A program made the translations under genes and the position numbers. From Candidatus Hermodarchaeota archaeon (GTDB lineage Archaea; Asgardarchaeota; Lokiarchaeia; Sigyniarchaeales; SOKP01), in the NCBI GenBank assembly GCA_048885525.1, contig JBHLLP010000002.1, forward strand, positions 1 to 64,000: DNA of 64,000 nucleotides, read 5' to 3'. Below are positions 1-10,411 of this stretch, in pieces (position 1 is the first letter of the stretch; each line of letters begins with the position of its first letter). The notes below the pieces were generated by a model. That model had not been told where the DNA came from, searched no databases, and worked only from the letters and a program-made list of their open reading frames with translations.

Positions 1-1221
1 TGAAAATCTTAAAAATTGTAAATATACTCCTCCAAATAAGCCGTGCCAATAACAATCATTACATTGAGCTTTGTAAAGTTCATCCCAGGCTTTATCTAAT
101 TTTTTAAGTATTAAAGAAATCAGTTGTTCTTCTTGAACTTTTAATACTTTTTCTTCAGTAGAAATTAGTTTGTTTCTTACGTGAAGCATTTTTTTATGCA
201 TATTATTAGATTCGGGGTATTTTACTAAAAAATATCTCCAAAATCCACCGCGGAGGAATTGATATATATCTTTCTTTTCTTCATCCCCTCTAAGCGATTT
301 TCTTATTATCTTAAAATTTTTACGAATTTTAGTAGGCAAAACCCATTCTTCCATTTTATCATAGCTTGCCGTTGGAAGATATACTAAATTTCTTGCACTA
401 AACTTGTTCATATATTCAGAAAGGGTTATAGATTTAATCCATGAATTACTTCTTATTTGTTCGAAAAATGCACGAATAAATGGTTTTCCTTCATCCCCAT
501 CTTTGTGCCCTTGTCCTTCTACATAACAAATTTGATGTGTAGTTCCCCAAACTCCCATTTTTTCAGCATCAGATATTAATAGTGCTAGTCTATCGCCAAC
601 ATTATCCGACATTTTTCTTAAATATTCAATTGATAAGTACGTTGGTTTCCAAGGGGTTAAATATCTTAATTCTTCATTAATAGAAAATATTCGCAAAATT
701 TTTCCTTCATCTTCAGTAGTATATGAATATAAAGTCCCTTCCTCCGTAATTCCCGTAGAACGGAAATGATTGTCATCGACAATAACATATTTTAATCCAG
801 CATCACTCAAGAATGAAGGATAATCCGGTTCCCAGACCCTTTCTGATAACCAAGCACCATTAACTTCTAATCCAAATTCATGTTTAATGAGATTAGTTAA
901 TTTTTTTATTTGAGCTATTTTATCACGATAAGGTATAATCGCAAATATTGGTTCATAATATCCTCCTCCAATAATTTCTATCTGACCTCTCTTTGCCATT
1001 TCTTTTAATTTTTTTATAAATTCAGGCTTATTGTTGAGAAGCCATTCTAATAAATTACCAGAGAAGTGAAGTGTAAATTTTATATCCTCAAATTTAAATA
1101 TATTGTCAATAAGAGGTCCATACGATTTCTGATAACAATCTTCTATTACCCAACCAAAATTATCGACTGGTTGGTGAAAATGAAAGATAATAGGCAGATT
1201 TATGCTTACATCTTTATCCAT
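1..1221 (-). CDS. GH57 alpha-amylase / 4-alpha-glucanotransferase (runs off the window; not in ORF track)
   Basis: Manual translation from ATG at 1221 (GAGGT upstream): MDKDVSINLPIIFHFHQPVDNFGWVIEDCYQKSYGP...LHFSGNLLEWL...GGGYYEPI...GAWLSERVWEP...SDAEKMGVW. Has GH57 HxHQP, nucleophile Glu and acid/base Asp motifs. Confidence 0.9.
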   Translation of the reverse strand, partial: MDKDVSINLPIIFHFHQPVDNFGWVIEDCYQKSYGPLIDNIFKFEDIKFTLHFSGNLLEWLLNNKPEFIKKLKEMAKRGQIEIIGGGYYEPIFAIIPYRDKIAQIKKLTNLIKHEFGLEVNGAWLSERVWEPDYPSFLSDAGLKYVIVDDNHFRSTGITEEGTLYSYTTEDEGKILRIFSINEELRYLTPWKPTYLSIEYLRKMSDNVGDRLALLISDAEKMGVWGTTHQICYVEGQGHKDGDEGKPFIRAFFEQIRSNSWIKSITLSEYMNKFSARNLVYLPTASYDKMEEWVLPTKIRKNFKIIRKSLRGDEEKKDIYQFLRGGFWRYFLVKYPESNNMHKKMLHVRNKLISTEEKVLKVQEEQLISLILKKLDKAWDELYKAQCNDCYWHGLFGGVYLQFLRFS

Positions 1222-1622
1222 TTAGTTTACCTCAATTAATATTTTCTTCATATAAAGTTTCTGAGTACTCTTTAAGACTTTTAGATTTTTACAATAATAA
1301 ATTCCATATAGATTAAAATTTAAAAATATAAAGAATCAAATGTTTAAAAAAGAATCTAAAACTTGTTGTTTTTTGTTCATATCCTTTTTATTTAATACTT
1401 CAAAATTGGAATATCCATTAATTTTTAAATATCACCATATAGATACATACATCAGAATATAATGGCATAGTATCCTTTTAATTAAGTTTAATATAGTTAT
1501 TTTTCATTCAATTGTAGCAAAACTGTCAATAATTAAATTTTTATAGATTATTACTTTAAATTCCTTCTATCAAAAAAAAAATTTATTCAAAAATGATTTA
1601 AATTCACAAAAAGTTGAAAAAA

Positions 1623-2118
1623 ATGGGAGCTGGTAAATTTTTAGCATTTTTGGGAGGTTTACTAACTTTACTTGGTACTTACATTTTTGCCCTTTATGGA
1701 GTTACAGGATCAGTGGGCTCTGGTATTCATTTTGCTATAAATATACCTGATTTATTTTACAAATGCTGAAACAATTGCTTCTAGTCTTGGTACTATATTA
1801 TGGCTTTTTTACATATATCTAGTTATCTTTATCATTTTTCTAGCGTCTGGAGTGCTACAGATGCTTAGTGTGCAGAGTAGAGTTGTGGGTTTTATTTTTT
1901 CACTCTTTCCTTTAGGTGTTGGACTAATGTTTATATTTTTATGGTATACAGACATTCTTGGAATTAAAGCATTCTTTTTTGCAACTGTTTTCGCTGGAGA
2001 TCAATTTGGGTATATTTTTCCATTTCTCTTAAACCTTGGAGATTTAGCGTTAGGTACCTACTTATTGATAGCAGGTGGAACTTTAGGAATAATTAGCGTT
2101 TTTACCGAACGTGATTAA
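1623..2118 (+). pseudogene. Multi-pass membrane protein split by a +1 frameshift in a T run at about 1755-1758 (pseudogene or sequencing error)
   Basis: ATG 1623 gives MGAGKFLAFLGGLLTLLGTYIFALYGVTGSVGSGIHFAINIPDLF. Removing one T continues TNAETIASSLGTILWLFYIYLVIFIIFLASGVLQMLSVQSR into track ORF 1852..2118. Confidence 0.7.
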
Positions 2119-2440
2119 ATATCTTGTTTAAAATTTATTTTTATTATTTTTTTTCATTTTATTAAGGATAAACTTTGATACTTGTTTTCATATAGTTATC
2201 AAGATACCCTTTAGGTTTATATTTCATTTTACCTAAAAACTTCTTTACACTCTTCTTTAATTCCATCCTATTGCACATTAAACCGTTATGAGATTTCCAT
2301 CTTGGAGAAAATGAAAGAAAATAAGGATTTAAATACCCCTTTCACACATATGTATGAATTCCCTATATAATAGGATTAAATATATGTAAAAATTTTTACT
2401 TATAAAAGATAACTAATTATATTATTAAAAACTGAAATTA

Positions 2441-4171
2441 TTGGTTTTTATGATAAATTATTTTGATAAAAATGTGATTCATGGAATATGTAATTCCAAC
2501 GAGTTTAAAGGGTTTCTCTTGTCCCGTAGATGGTTTGGAGACAAATCAGCCTTATCAAGTTTAGAGTTTGACGTCTTATTAAATTATTTTGAGCTAATAA
2601 GTGAAAGAATCTTTTTGATAATAATTGACGTAAATACTTCAGAGTACTCTAAAACTTATTTCCTTCCATTAATCTTTTATGAAAAAGTTGAAGATATTTT
2701 GGAACCAAATGAAAAAACACGTTCTAATATTTTAAAACTTACTGAAAATACATTTAGTAAAAAAATAGTTTTAACTATAGAAGATGAACAGAAAGTTATT
2801 ACACTCAATTTAATAGAAGCAGAGTTTTGTCTTTATTTCTGGAAAAAGATGTTATTTGATGCTAGTATTTCTGAAATGTTTCCCCAATTGAGTTTAGAAT
2901 TAACACTCTACAGTAAGCAGTTTGAAGATGAGATTAATATGAAAAAAGTGCAGAATTTAATAGAAGCAGGATTATATCCAGATCGATATGATCTATCAAT
3001 TAAGCAACTAGGTGGGGGAAATACAACAAATATCTTGTTTTCGCTAAATATTTCTAATAAGAGAGATCCAAAACAAAAACCAATTTCCTATGTTTTAAAA
3101 TCCTATAAAGATTATTCCGTAAGCTTAGAACCATCAGTTTTATATGTTTTAGTAAAAAATAAATTTACCCATACCCCGAAAATCTACGGAACAATTAAAG
3201 TAAGAGATAAAGAGACTATTGGAATTCTTGAAAATGTTCCTAACATTGGAAATTTAGGTGATATATATTGGGCAGAATTGAATAATATGATTAATACTAC
3301 ATTCAAAGATATTGAAGGCGATTTTTCTAAATTTAGTGAGAAAACTATTATCTCTCAACTAATTAAAGAGAGTTGTCCTGAGACTTTAAAAGTATCAAAA
3401 GAAATTGGAAATTATATTAAAAGTCTACATGAATCTTTAATTCTACCAGAACAAGTAGAATTTAGTTTAGAATTAGTAGATAGTAATTTTTATCTTGATA
3501 TTTATACAGATAGATTAAATTCAATGATTTCAGAATTACAATCCAACATGAATAATCAACCAGAAAGTGCCTTCTTCAATTTACCAAAGATAAGTTCTAT
3601 CCTTATTGACATTAAAGATATTATCGAACGATTTCACTTAGATTTTAAGGAACCAAAAATAATCATTCAACCTGTGCACCAAGATTTACATATGGAACAA
3701 ATTTTATACAATATGATAGATAATCAATATATTTTCTATTTTATTGACTTTGAAGGTGATCCACAACTTTCATTTGAAGAGAAAAAAGGAAAATTTCCAG
3801 TTGAAAAAGATTTAGCCTCTTTTCTAAGAGCTTTAAGTTATATAAAATTTAATACTTTATTGAGGTTTATTGAGCAAAAAATGATCCAAAAAGAGAAATA
3901 TGAAGTACCTGAAGAAATTCTTTACAATCTCTACTTTAGAAGAGCCGCTAGACCTATCAAAAAAGTTCTAGATATAATTCTCAATGTTCTTAATATATGG
4001 GAATCAAAACTAATAGGAAAAATACTGAAAGAATTAAAGCTAAATTATATCCTAATCACTTATTTCTATATAGAAAGAGCTTTGAATGAATTAAATTATG
4101 AAATTTTATTTCGACCTAATAAGACAATTGTACCTATTTTAGGTTTAAAAGAAATTATAGATAAAAGTTAA
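2441..4171 (+). CDS. Maltokinase (Mak/Pep2)-like sugar kinase, APH/kinase fold
   Basis: N-terminal RRWFGDK, catalytic HQDLHMEQIL, IDFEGDP, KDLASFLRALSY and C-terminal ELNYEILFRP match the maltokinase pattern. Start may be ATG 2450. Confidence 0.75.
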   Translation: MVFMINYFDKNVIHGICNSNEFKGFLLSRRWFGDKSALSSLEFDVLLNYFELISERIFLIIIDVNTSEYSKTYFLPLIFYEKVEDILEPNEKTRSNILKLTENTFSKKIVLTIEDEQKVITLNLIEAEFCLYFWKKMLFDASISEMFPQLSLELTLYSKQFEDEINMKKVQNLIEAGLYPDRYDLSIKQLGGGNTTNILFSLNISNKRDPKQKPISYVLKSYKDYSVSLEPSVLYVLVKNKFTHTPKIYGTIKVRDKETIGILENVPNIGNLGDIYWAELNNMINTTFKDIEGDFSKFSEKTIISQLIKESCPETLKVSKEIGNYIKSLHESLILPEQVEFSLELVDSNFYLDIYTDRLNSMISELQSNMNNQPESAFFNLPKISSILIDIKDIIERFHLDFKEPKIIIQPVHQDLHMEQILYNMIDNQYIFYFIDFEGDPQLSFEEKKGKFPVEKDLASFLRALSYIKFNTLLRFIEQKMIQKEKYEVPEEILYNLYFRRAARPIKKVLDIILNVLNIWESKLIGKILKELKLNYILITYFYIERALNELNYEILFRPNKTIVPILGLKEIIDKS

Positions 4172-4188
4172 TACATCTTATTTTTATA

Positions 4189-4851
4189 TTAAGTTACTTC
4201 TTCAGGTAATTTAGCAAATTCAAAAGAATAATGTGATGACGATCGTTCAATAGGTTGAACTTTATTATTGTATGCTGTTCTTATTTTACTTTGAGTGTCG
4301 ATCTTTGTTGATACCCAGTCTATATTGAAATCACTAGGTTGATTAAATATTCGCCAATTAAAAGATTCAACAAATTTTTGAGGTCCAAACTTTTTATCTA
4401 TTAATATATAATTTTCATCATCAATAAATTTAGGAAAAAATCCCAAGTTGTCACATAATTCTAGTTTATATTCAATATCATCTAATTTTCCATTAATTCT
4501 GGCAATATCATTAATAAAATTGCCTAATTTATTTCCTAAATTTATTTGTTTTTCTTCAGACTCATCTTCAATAAGCTTCCTTAAATAACTTCTTTTTATA
4601 ATAATAAAATCCCTATCATTTGATGATTTTATTGATCCTTTCTGTTTAATTATAAATTTAGATAATTCCAAATAATTTCTTATAAAATCAGCTTTAGATA
4701 AACCCAATTTATCTCTTGACTTATCAATATGGTTATTTAATTCTTCATCAATTCTAACAGTGATAACACTTGTTGATTCATGTAGCTTATTTCCCCTATC
4801 GGAAGTATAAATTCCCGAATTTCGAGGTTTAGGATTGGATTTAGGACTAAT
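4189..4851 (-). CDS. Ribbon-helix-helix (CopG-like) domain protein; extended upstream of the track ORF to a probable ATT start
   Basis: Frame is open from 4851: ISPKSNPKPRNSGIYTSDRGNKLHESTSVITVRIDEELNNHIDKSRDKLGLSKADFIRNYL. The RHH pattern straddles the track start at 4707. GAGGTGG at 4857-4863 precedes the ATT. Confidence 0.65.
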   Translation of the reverse strand: MSPKSNPKPRNSGIYTSDRGNKLHESTSVITVRIDEELNNHIDKSRDKLGLSKADFIRNYLELSKFIIKQKGSIKSSNDRDFIIIKRSYLRKLIEDESEEKQINLGNKLGNFINDIARINGKLDDIEYKLELCDNLGFFPKFIDDENYILIDKKFGPQKFVESFNWRIFNQPSDFNIDWVSTKIDTQSKIRTAYNNKVQPIERSSSHYSFEFAKLPEEVT

Positions 4852-5710
4852 TTATACCACCTCAATTTTTATTATCTGTATCATTTGTATGCATTATGCA
4901 ATATATGTAACAAAAAAATATAAATGATAGTATTTTTAAATTTTTGTCAAAAATTATCAAAGATTTTACACATATATAACATGCTTTTTATTACATAATT
5001 AATCAAATGGTTTTTATTAGAAGTTATATTGATATAATAACATCAAGATTTTAAGTCTACTGCCTTAACCTAATTTCGATTAAGCTTAAGTACTTATTTA
5101 AATATAATAGCAAAAAGCAATTAGATTTAAATATCAAGCTGAGTCTTGTCATCACAATTCTAAAGGGGATTGATATTGAAGACATTTAAAGGTGTTCAAT
5201 ATTCTTTAGTCGAGATCTTATTTATTATCTTTAATCTCTAAAAACTTTATTTTTTAAATTATATAAGTAACTTCTAATAAGTGTTTAAAAAATATCGCAA
5301 AAATATGAAAAAATCATAGATTATGTATAAGTGGGATTTTTATAGAAGTTTTAATAGTTTTTAGGAGAATTTTTAACAAAATAAAATTGTATGCTTTAGA
5401 AGAGTTTTGATTATAATAGTATACTAAAGGATATAAAAGTAATCTATAAAAACCTAGAATTGAGAATAAATACTAATTTTCAGGATTCAGGGATAGTTGA
5501 GAAATCTAATTTTATTAAAAGAATACTTTATTAAATAAATAATCCCAAATATAAAAACAAGAATTGTTCAATTTTAATATCAAATGTATATATTATAGTC
5601 TTATGTAATTTTGGGTTACAAATAAGACACAAGGTAAATATAAATATCGTCAAAAATATGAGTTTAATGTATATAAACATAAGAAATTTATTAAGGGTTG
5701 GAAAAAAGTT

Positions 5711-6034
5711 ATGCAAATTCCACAAACTGGTATTTTAGAATTAAATTTGCAGAATAAATCTGAATCAATATCAATAAATTCAGATGAGCAAATTGAAAAG
5801 ATTGTAAAAGCCCTGTCATCACGAACTAGACGCCGAATACTCCATTATATTCAAGAAGAACCAATGGATGTCTCAAATATTGCAGCTAATTTAGGTATGA
5901 CTGAAGCCAATATTTCTGCTCAAATTAAGAAACTTGAAGAAGCAAGTTTAATTACTTGTGATTATGCCTCAGGCGACCATGGAGTTCGTAAAATTAGTAA
6001 GTTAAAATTTAACAAACTTGTAATAGAATTTTAA
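5711..6034 (+). CDS. ArsR/SmtB-family winged-HTH transcriptional regulator
   Basis: KALSSRTRRRIL...MDVSNIAANLGMTEANISAQIKKLEEASLI. Confidence 0.85.
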   Translation: MQIPQTGILELNLQNKSESISINSDEQIEKIVKALSSRTRRRILHYIQEEPMDVSNIAANLGMTEANISAQIKKLEEASLITCDYASGDHGVRKISKLKFNKLVIEF

Positions 6035-6131
6035 AAACTATTAATTTACAACAGAAGGCCTATAATAAGCATCTAAACCATTTCTATACTTAAAATTCTA
6101 AGAATCAAATAAAATTTAACCCTAAGTTAAT

Positions 6132-7715
6132 TTAATTGTTTACTTTTACTGTTTTAATAACTTTTTTCACAATGGGAATAAATTCTTTTTCTTTTTCAAC
6201 AATTTTCGGTTTATTTGTAGTTGAGAGTTTACTTTTTTTTCCGTTTGCCATAATTTCTTTCATTTCATCGGAAATTATATCTGAGGTCATCCCCATGTTA
6301 TGAAGCATTTCTACCCCATTCACTATACACGTTTTAACAAATCGAGGAACGTTTCGTCCCATCCAATTATATCTACCAAATGGATTGCAGTATCTTTTAG
6401 CGAGTAATTTAAGCCAATTTCCACTAAGGTAATAGGCAGAATAAGCTTCAGCTACTAATCTATATATCTCTATATTTGTTAATTGTTCGGTTCTCATCAT
6501 CGGATGAAATAAATTGTAATGCTTATAATTGTGACTGGTGACCATTTTTTTTTCCGTCATTTCATTATAAAAATCAGTTCCAGGAAAAGCTGTAATAGGT
6601 GTGAATTGAATACATGTTAAATTAAGAGATCTCGCAAATTGAATGTTTTCTCTTACCATTGTTTTAGTTTCTCCAGGGAATCCTATAATCACTCCCCCAA
6701 AGATCGAAATTCCACGATCTTGAAGGGATGAGACAACTTTTCTAACCATAGCAGGTGTAGTATTTTGTTTATTCATTGCATCGAGGCTTTGTTGATGGAC
6801 AGATTCAATACCGAGGAAAATTTGTCTCATACCTGCTTTATGCATTAAATCAATTAACCAAGGATATCTATATAGCGTATCAACTCGGGATTGACAGGAG
6901 AAATATAATTTATTTGGAATTCCAGAGCGAATAATAGTTTCAAGGATCTCTTTCGTACGTTTTATTTTAATAGTAAAATTGTCTTCACAGAAAAAGATGA
7001 AATCATTTTTCCAATCAATTTTATAAATTTCTTGCATTATTCGCTTAGTAGATTTTGTTCTATAAGTTACAGGGCGATCCGTATTTCGCCACATTTTAAT
7101 AATACAACAGAATTTACAATTATGCGGACAACCCCGTGAACTTTCAAGTTGAGCGACTCTTGCACCTAAATAAATATATTTTTTATCATCTAATAAATCT
7201 CTACGTGGTATAGGAAAATTATCTAAATTTGGTTCTAATTTTCGGTCTTTATTATGTAGCACATGGTTTTCTTTATTCTTATATGAAATTCCATCAATAG
7301 TTCTTAATGATATATTACGCACATTTCCATCGATATAATCTACAAGCTCGCGAAAAGTGTGTTCTCCTTCACCACGAACAGCATAATCTATAGCAGGATG
7401 TTTTGCTACATATTCAGGAGCTAATGTTGGCTGATATCCACCGATTATGGTAATACACCCATGTTCTTTTGCTATTTGAGCTACTTCAAATGCATGTGAG
7501 ATTTGGGGAGTCATACTTGTGAGAGCTACAATATCGCTTTGATTTAATAATGAACGAAATCTCTTCTCATTATACTTATGGACTTTAAAATCGAATAATT
7601 TCGCATCATGTTCTGGAACCATTGCTGCAATTGAGATTAAACTTAAAGGAGGGCCTTTAATTATTGCATCAAGACCAGAACTTAGTCGAGCAGGATTCAC
7701 ATACAGAATCTTCAT
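6132..7715 (-). CDS. Cobalamin-binding radical SAM protein
   Basis: N-terminal B12-binding domain (PPLSL...IIGGYQPT...VRGEGE), SRGCPHNCKFC, GIES, IIGFPGET. Confidence 0.9.
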   Translation of the reverse strand: MKILYVNPARLSSGLDAIIKGPPLSLISIAAMVPEHDAKLFDFKVHKYNEKRFRSLLNQSDIVALTSMTPQISHAFEVAQIAKEHGCITIIGGYQPTLAPEYVAKHPAIDYAVRGEGEHTFRELVDYIDGNVRNISLRTIDGISYKNKENHVLHNKDRKLEPNLDNFPIPRRDLLDDKKYIYLGARVAQLESSRGCPHNCKFCCIIKMWRNTDRPVTYRTKSTKRIMQEIYKIDWKNDFIFFCEDNFTIKIKRTKEILETIIRSGIPNKLYFSCQSRVDTLYRYPWLIDLMHKAGMRQIFLGIESVHQQSLDAMNKQNTTPAMVRKVVSSLQDRGISIFGGVIIGFPGETKTMVRENIQFARSLNLTCIQFTPITAFPGTDFYNEMTEKKMVTSHNYKHYNLFHPMMRTEQLTNIEIYRLVAEAYSAYYLSGNWLKLLAKRYCNPFGRYNWMGRNVPRFVKTCIVNGVEMLHNMGMTSDIISDEMKEIMANGKKSKLSTTNKPKIVEKEKEFIPIVKKVIKTVKVNN

Positions 7716-7760
7716 CTTTCTAAAATCTTAATTTTATTTTTTTTTTTAGGTGCCTAATCT

Positions 7761-7833
7761 CCACTATCCATATATATAACTAAATAAAGTTAAAAGAGGA
7801 AAAGTGGTACAGAGAAACCTTCAGAGATTTCTC
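7761..7833 (-). promoter_or_regulatory. Putative structured 5' leader (two hairpins) of the B12 radical SAM gene
   Basis: Minus strand has a GAGAAAUC/GGUUUCUC stem, then nested CCACU/AGUGG, UCC/GGA and UAACU/AGUUA stems. TATA-like AAAAGTTTATAAG (7871-7883, minus) lies upstream. Confidence 0.3.
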
Positions 7834-8042
7834 AATAAATAAAACCTTAAGTATTAAAAAGCAGATGATCCTTATAAACTTTTTGTTATGTCTACATAGC
7901 TATAAAAAACACAAAGAAGGCTTAAAAACTAAATATTAAAAAATCATTTTGAGACTGTAGTGTAATAATTATTTAAAATCAATCAATCTTTCTATAAAAG
8001 ATAATTAAGTTTTTATAATTATCAATTATAAATACCATTGTT

Positions 8043-9092
8043 ATGGAAAAAGCAATAGTATCATGCGAAATGGCTAATCAAGGCTATCAAAAAGGTGCTT
8101 GCGAAGTAAAATTGAAAAATGATCTAATTCAACCAGCCTGTAAAGCCACTTTGAAATTCGAAAATGGCCAATATCATAGAGTTATATCGGCTATGCATTT
8201 ATCAAGACCAGAGGATTATTTCTCAATTTATCAATCGGGATGCAATCATAATTGCCTTAAATGCCATTCTTGGGAATTTTCAAAACATTTTAATGGAAAA
8301 TGGTATTCTACTGATGAAATTGCTGAAGAATGTAGAAAATATAAGCAATATGTTACAGTTTTTGAACCAAGAGAGCGTGCATTAATGTATTATGCTAATG
8401 ATTTATGCAGACATTGTGGTTCATGTATTCTTTTCAATAAACGAAATCCATTGTGTCCTAATAAAATTACTAAAGATAAAATCGTATTAGGACCCCAAGG
8501 TTTCGGACCAGCGAGAAATATTATTGCTTTTACAGGGGGGGATATTGCATGTCAAGCAAAATTTTATGCTGAGGCAACAAGTAAGATTAAGTTAAAATGT
8601 GAAAATCTTTGGGTGCTTTTAGAATCAAATGGATATGGACTTACATCAAAAAATCTAGATCTTTTCCAAAAAACAGGGTTGGATTCATTTTGGCTCGATA
8701 TTAAAGCATATGATGAAGAAATTTATAAGAAATTATGTGGAACCTCTAATAAAACTGTACTCAATTCAGTGAAAGAAATAGTTAAAAGAAATTTTATTTT
8801 AGAAATTCTTACTGTTTATATTCCTAATTTTATTGAAATAGACCAATTCGAAAAAATTGCTCAATTAATTGTTGAAATCGATGAGAATATACCTTTTCAT
8901 ATTTTAGCTTTTTTTCCTCAATATAAATTACTAAAAAATCGCCCACCAAATTTAGATGAAATTTTAGAAACTTTTAAGACATTAAAAAGTATTGGTTTAA
9001 AACACATACAAATCGGGAATGTTGGTGTTTTTGCCAAAACTGAGGAAGAAATTAAGAGATTAATAAAAACTGTAGGGCCAAATGCATTTTAA
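8043..9092 (+). CDS. Radical SAM protein, PFL-activating-enzyme-like
   Basis: GCNHNCLKC, FTGGD, ESNGY, WLDIKA, HILAFFPQYKL; extra Cys cluster CRHCGSC...C. Confidence 0.85.
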   Translation: MEKAIVSCEMANQGYQKGACEVKLKNDLIQPACKATLKFENGQYHRVISAMHLSRPEDYFSIYQSGCNHNCLKCHSWEFSKHFNGKWYSTDEIAEECRKYKQYVTVFEPRERALMYYANDLCRHCGSCILFNKRNPLCPNKITKDKIVLGPQGFGPARNIIAFTGGDIACQAKFYAEATSKIKLKCENLWVLLESNGYGLTSKNLDLFQKTGLDSFWLDIKAYDEEIYKKLCGTSNKTVLNSVKEIVKRNFILEILTVYIPNFIEIDQFEKIAQLIVEIDENIPFHILAFFPQYKLLKNRPPNLDEILETFKTLKSIGLKHIQIGNVGVFAKTEEEIKRLIKTVGPNAF

Positions 9093-9104
9093 TTACTCAA
9101 AGCC

Positions 9105-10244
9105 TTATTTAAAATAATCTATAAGAGTATTTTTTATCGATTCAAAATGACCTAAATGGGTTTTAGAAAGATCATCTAGAGCTTCTCTAATGCCTAATTT
9201 TTCAATTCTTTCAGTTATCTTATAATAAGGAGACCCTTTGATTTCCTTTACTAATTCTTTATTTTTTTCTAAATCTTCTAACAAAAACTCATTTGGATTT
9301 ACTTTATGGATTCCAAGCATTCCTTGAATGATTGAAATCAACATTGTATCGAAAGTAATTCTTAAAATCACTTCATGGTCAAAATCTGATTTTAAAGGAA
9401 GTAAATATGTTTTAAGCATAGATATTGACTCTTTAAAAAGGTCAAACGATTTATTTCCTAGTTCTTTAATCCTCTCATTATAGGTATGATCTTCGGATGC
9501 TCTTAAACATAATGCAGATACAGTTTGATATTCTGCAACAAAATGTATAAATCGTGCTTTAGCATTAAGATAGGTCCCTTTTGATTCTTCTGCATCAATT
9601 ATGTCGTCTAATTCATCTAAAGCTTTTCTGAAGTAATTAGCAATCTCGTAAAATTTTTTTGCAGAGGCATTGAATTCTCCTCCAGACAATAAATTGAATG
9701 CTTCTTTTTCTGACAAATCATAAAGTTCATCAAATTTATGTATTTTCATTACCGCTTTTAATATCAGACGTTTACCAATATCTTTTTTAATTCTGGATCG
9801 CTCAAAAGATTGTCCTGCTTTTAAAAGGAGTACTGAAGATAAATTTCTATATTCTTCAGGATCTGTTTCATGCAAATAATCTGAAGCAATTTGCCAAGAT
9901 TCTCCCGCAGTCTCCCAATCATGCATCTTAAAAGATATATTTCCTAATTGAATCAATAATTTTGCAGATACTTCATAAAGTTTTAATTCTTCAGTCTTTC
10001 TGATAATTGACTTCAATCTATAAATAGCTTGAAGATTATTCTTAAATTTTGAAATAATTTGAGTTATTCGTATAAATAATTCATCTAATTTAATATAACT
10101 CCCTAGATCAAGATAAATTGAAGCAGCCTTTTCATAAAAATTGATTGCATCTTCTCCCTTTCCGCGATCAGCTAGATTTTCAGCTTGATCTATTAATCTT
10201 ACAGCCTCCAACTCCTTCTCATCATTGTAACGATTATTAATCAA
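9105..10244 (-). CDS. Alpha-helical repeat (TPR/SNAP-like) protein
   Basis: Repeated helical motifs: AINFYEKAASIY, AGESWQIASDYL, SAKKFYEIANYF. Confidence 0.55.
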   Translation of the reverse strand: MINNRYNDEKELEAVRLIDQAENLADRGKGEDAINFYEKAASIYLDLGSYIKLDELFIRITQIISKFKNNLQAIYRLKSIIRKTEELKLYEVSAKLLIQLGNISFKMHDWETAGESWQIASDYLHETDPEEYRNLSSVLLLKAGQSFERSRIKKDIGKRLILKAVMKIHKFDELYDLSEKEAFNLLSGGEFNASAKKFYEIANYFRKALDELDDIIDAEESKGTYLNAKARFIHFVAEYQTVSALCLRASEDHTYNERIKELGNKSFDLFKESISMLKTYLLPLKSDFDHEVILRITFDTMLISIIQGMLGIHKVNPNEFLLEDLEKNKELVKEIKGSPYYKITERIEKLGIREALDDLSKTHLGHFESIKNTLIDYFK

Positions 10245-10411
10245 AATTTTCTCCTTTTAAATAACGTATTTAGTAATTAATTGATTTAATTAAATTATTT
10301 ATACAAATTACTTAGACTTAATTAAGATATTAAAACCTTAGTATTAATAGCTTTCTATCAATAATTATAACTCCAAACACTTTTAAGATTAAATTTAAAA
10401 GAGTGATTTAG

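Noticed and set aside
1740-1790. Second BHB intron explaining the membrane-protein frameshift
   Set aside because: No flanking helices found; deleting a single T in a homopolymer is sufficient.
5140-5220. SECIS element or tRNA
   Set aside because: No convincing SECIS core, no adjacent gene with a conserved in-frame UGA, and no cloverleaf or T-loop consensus.
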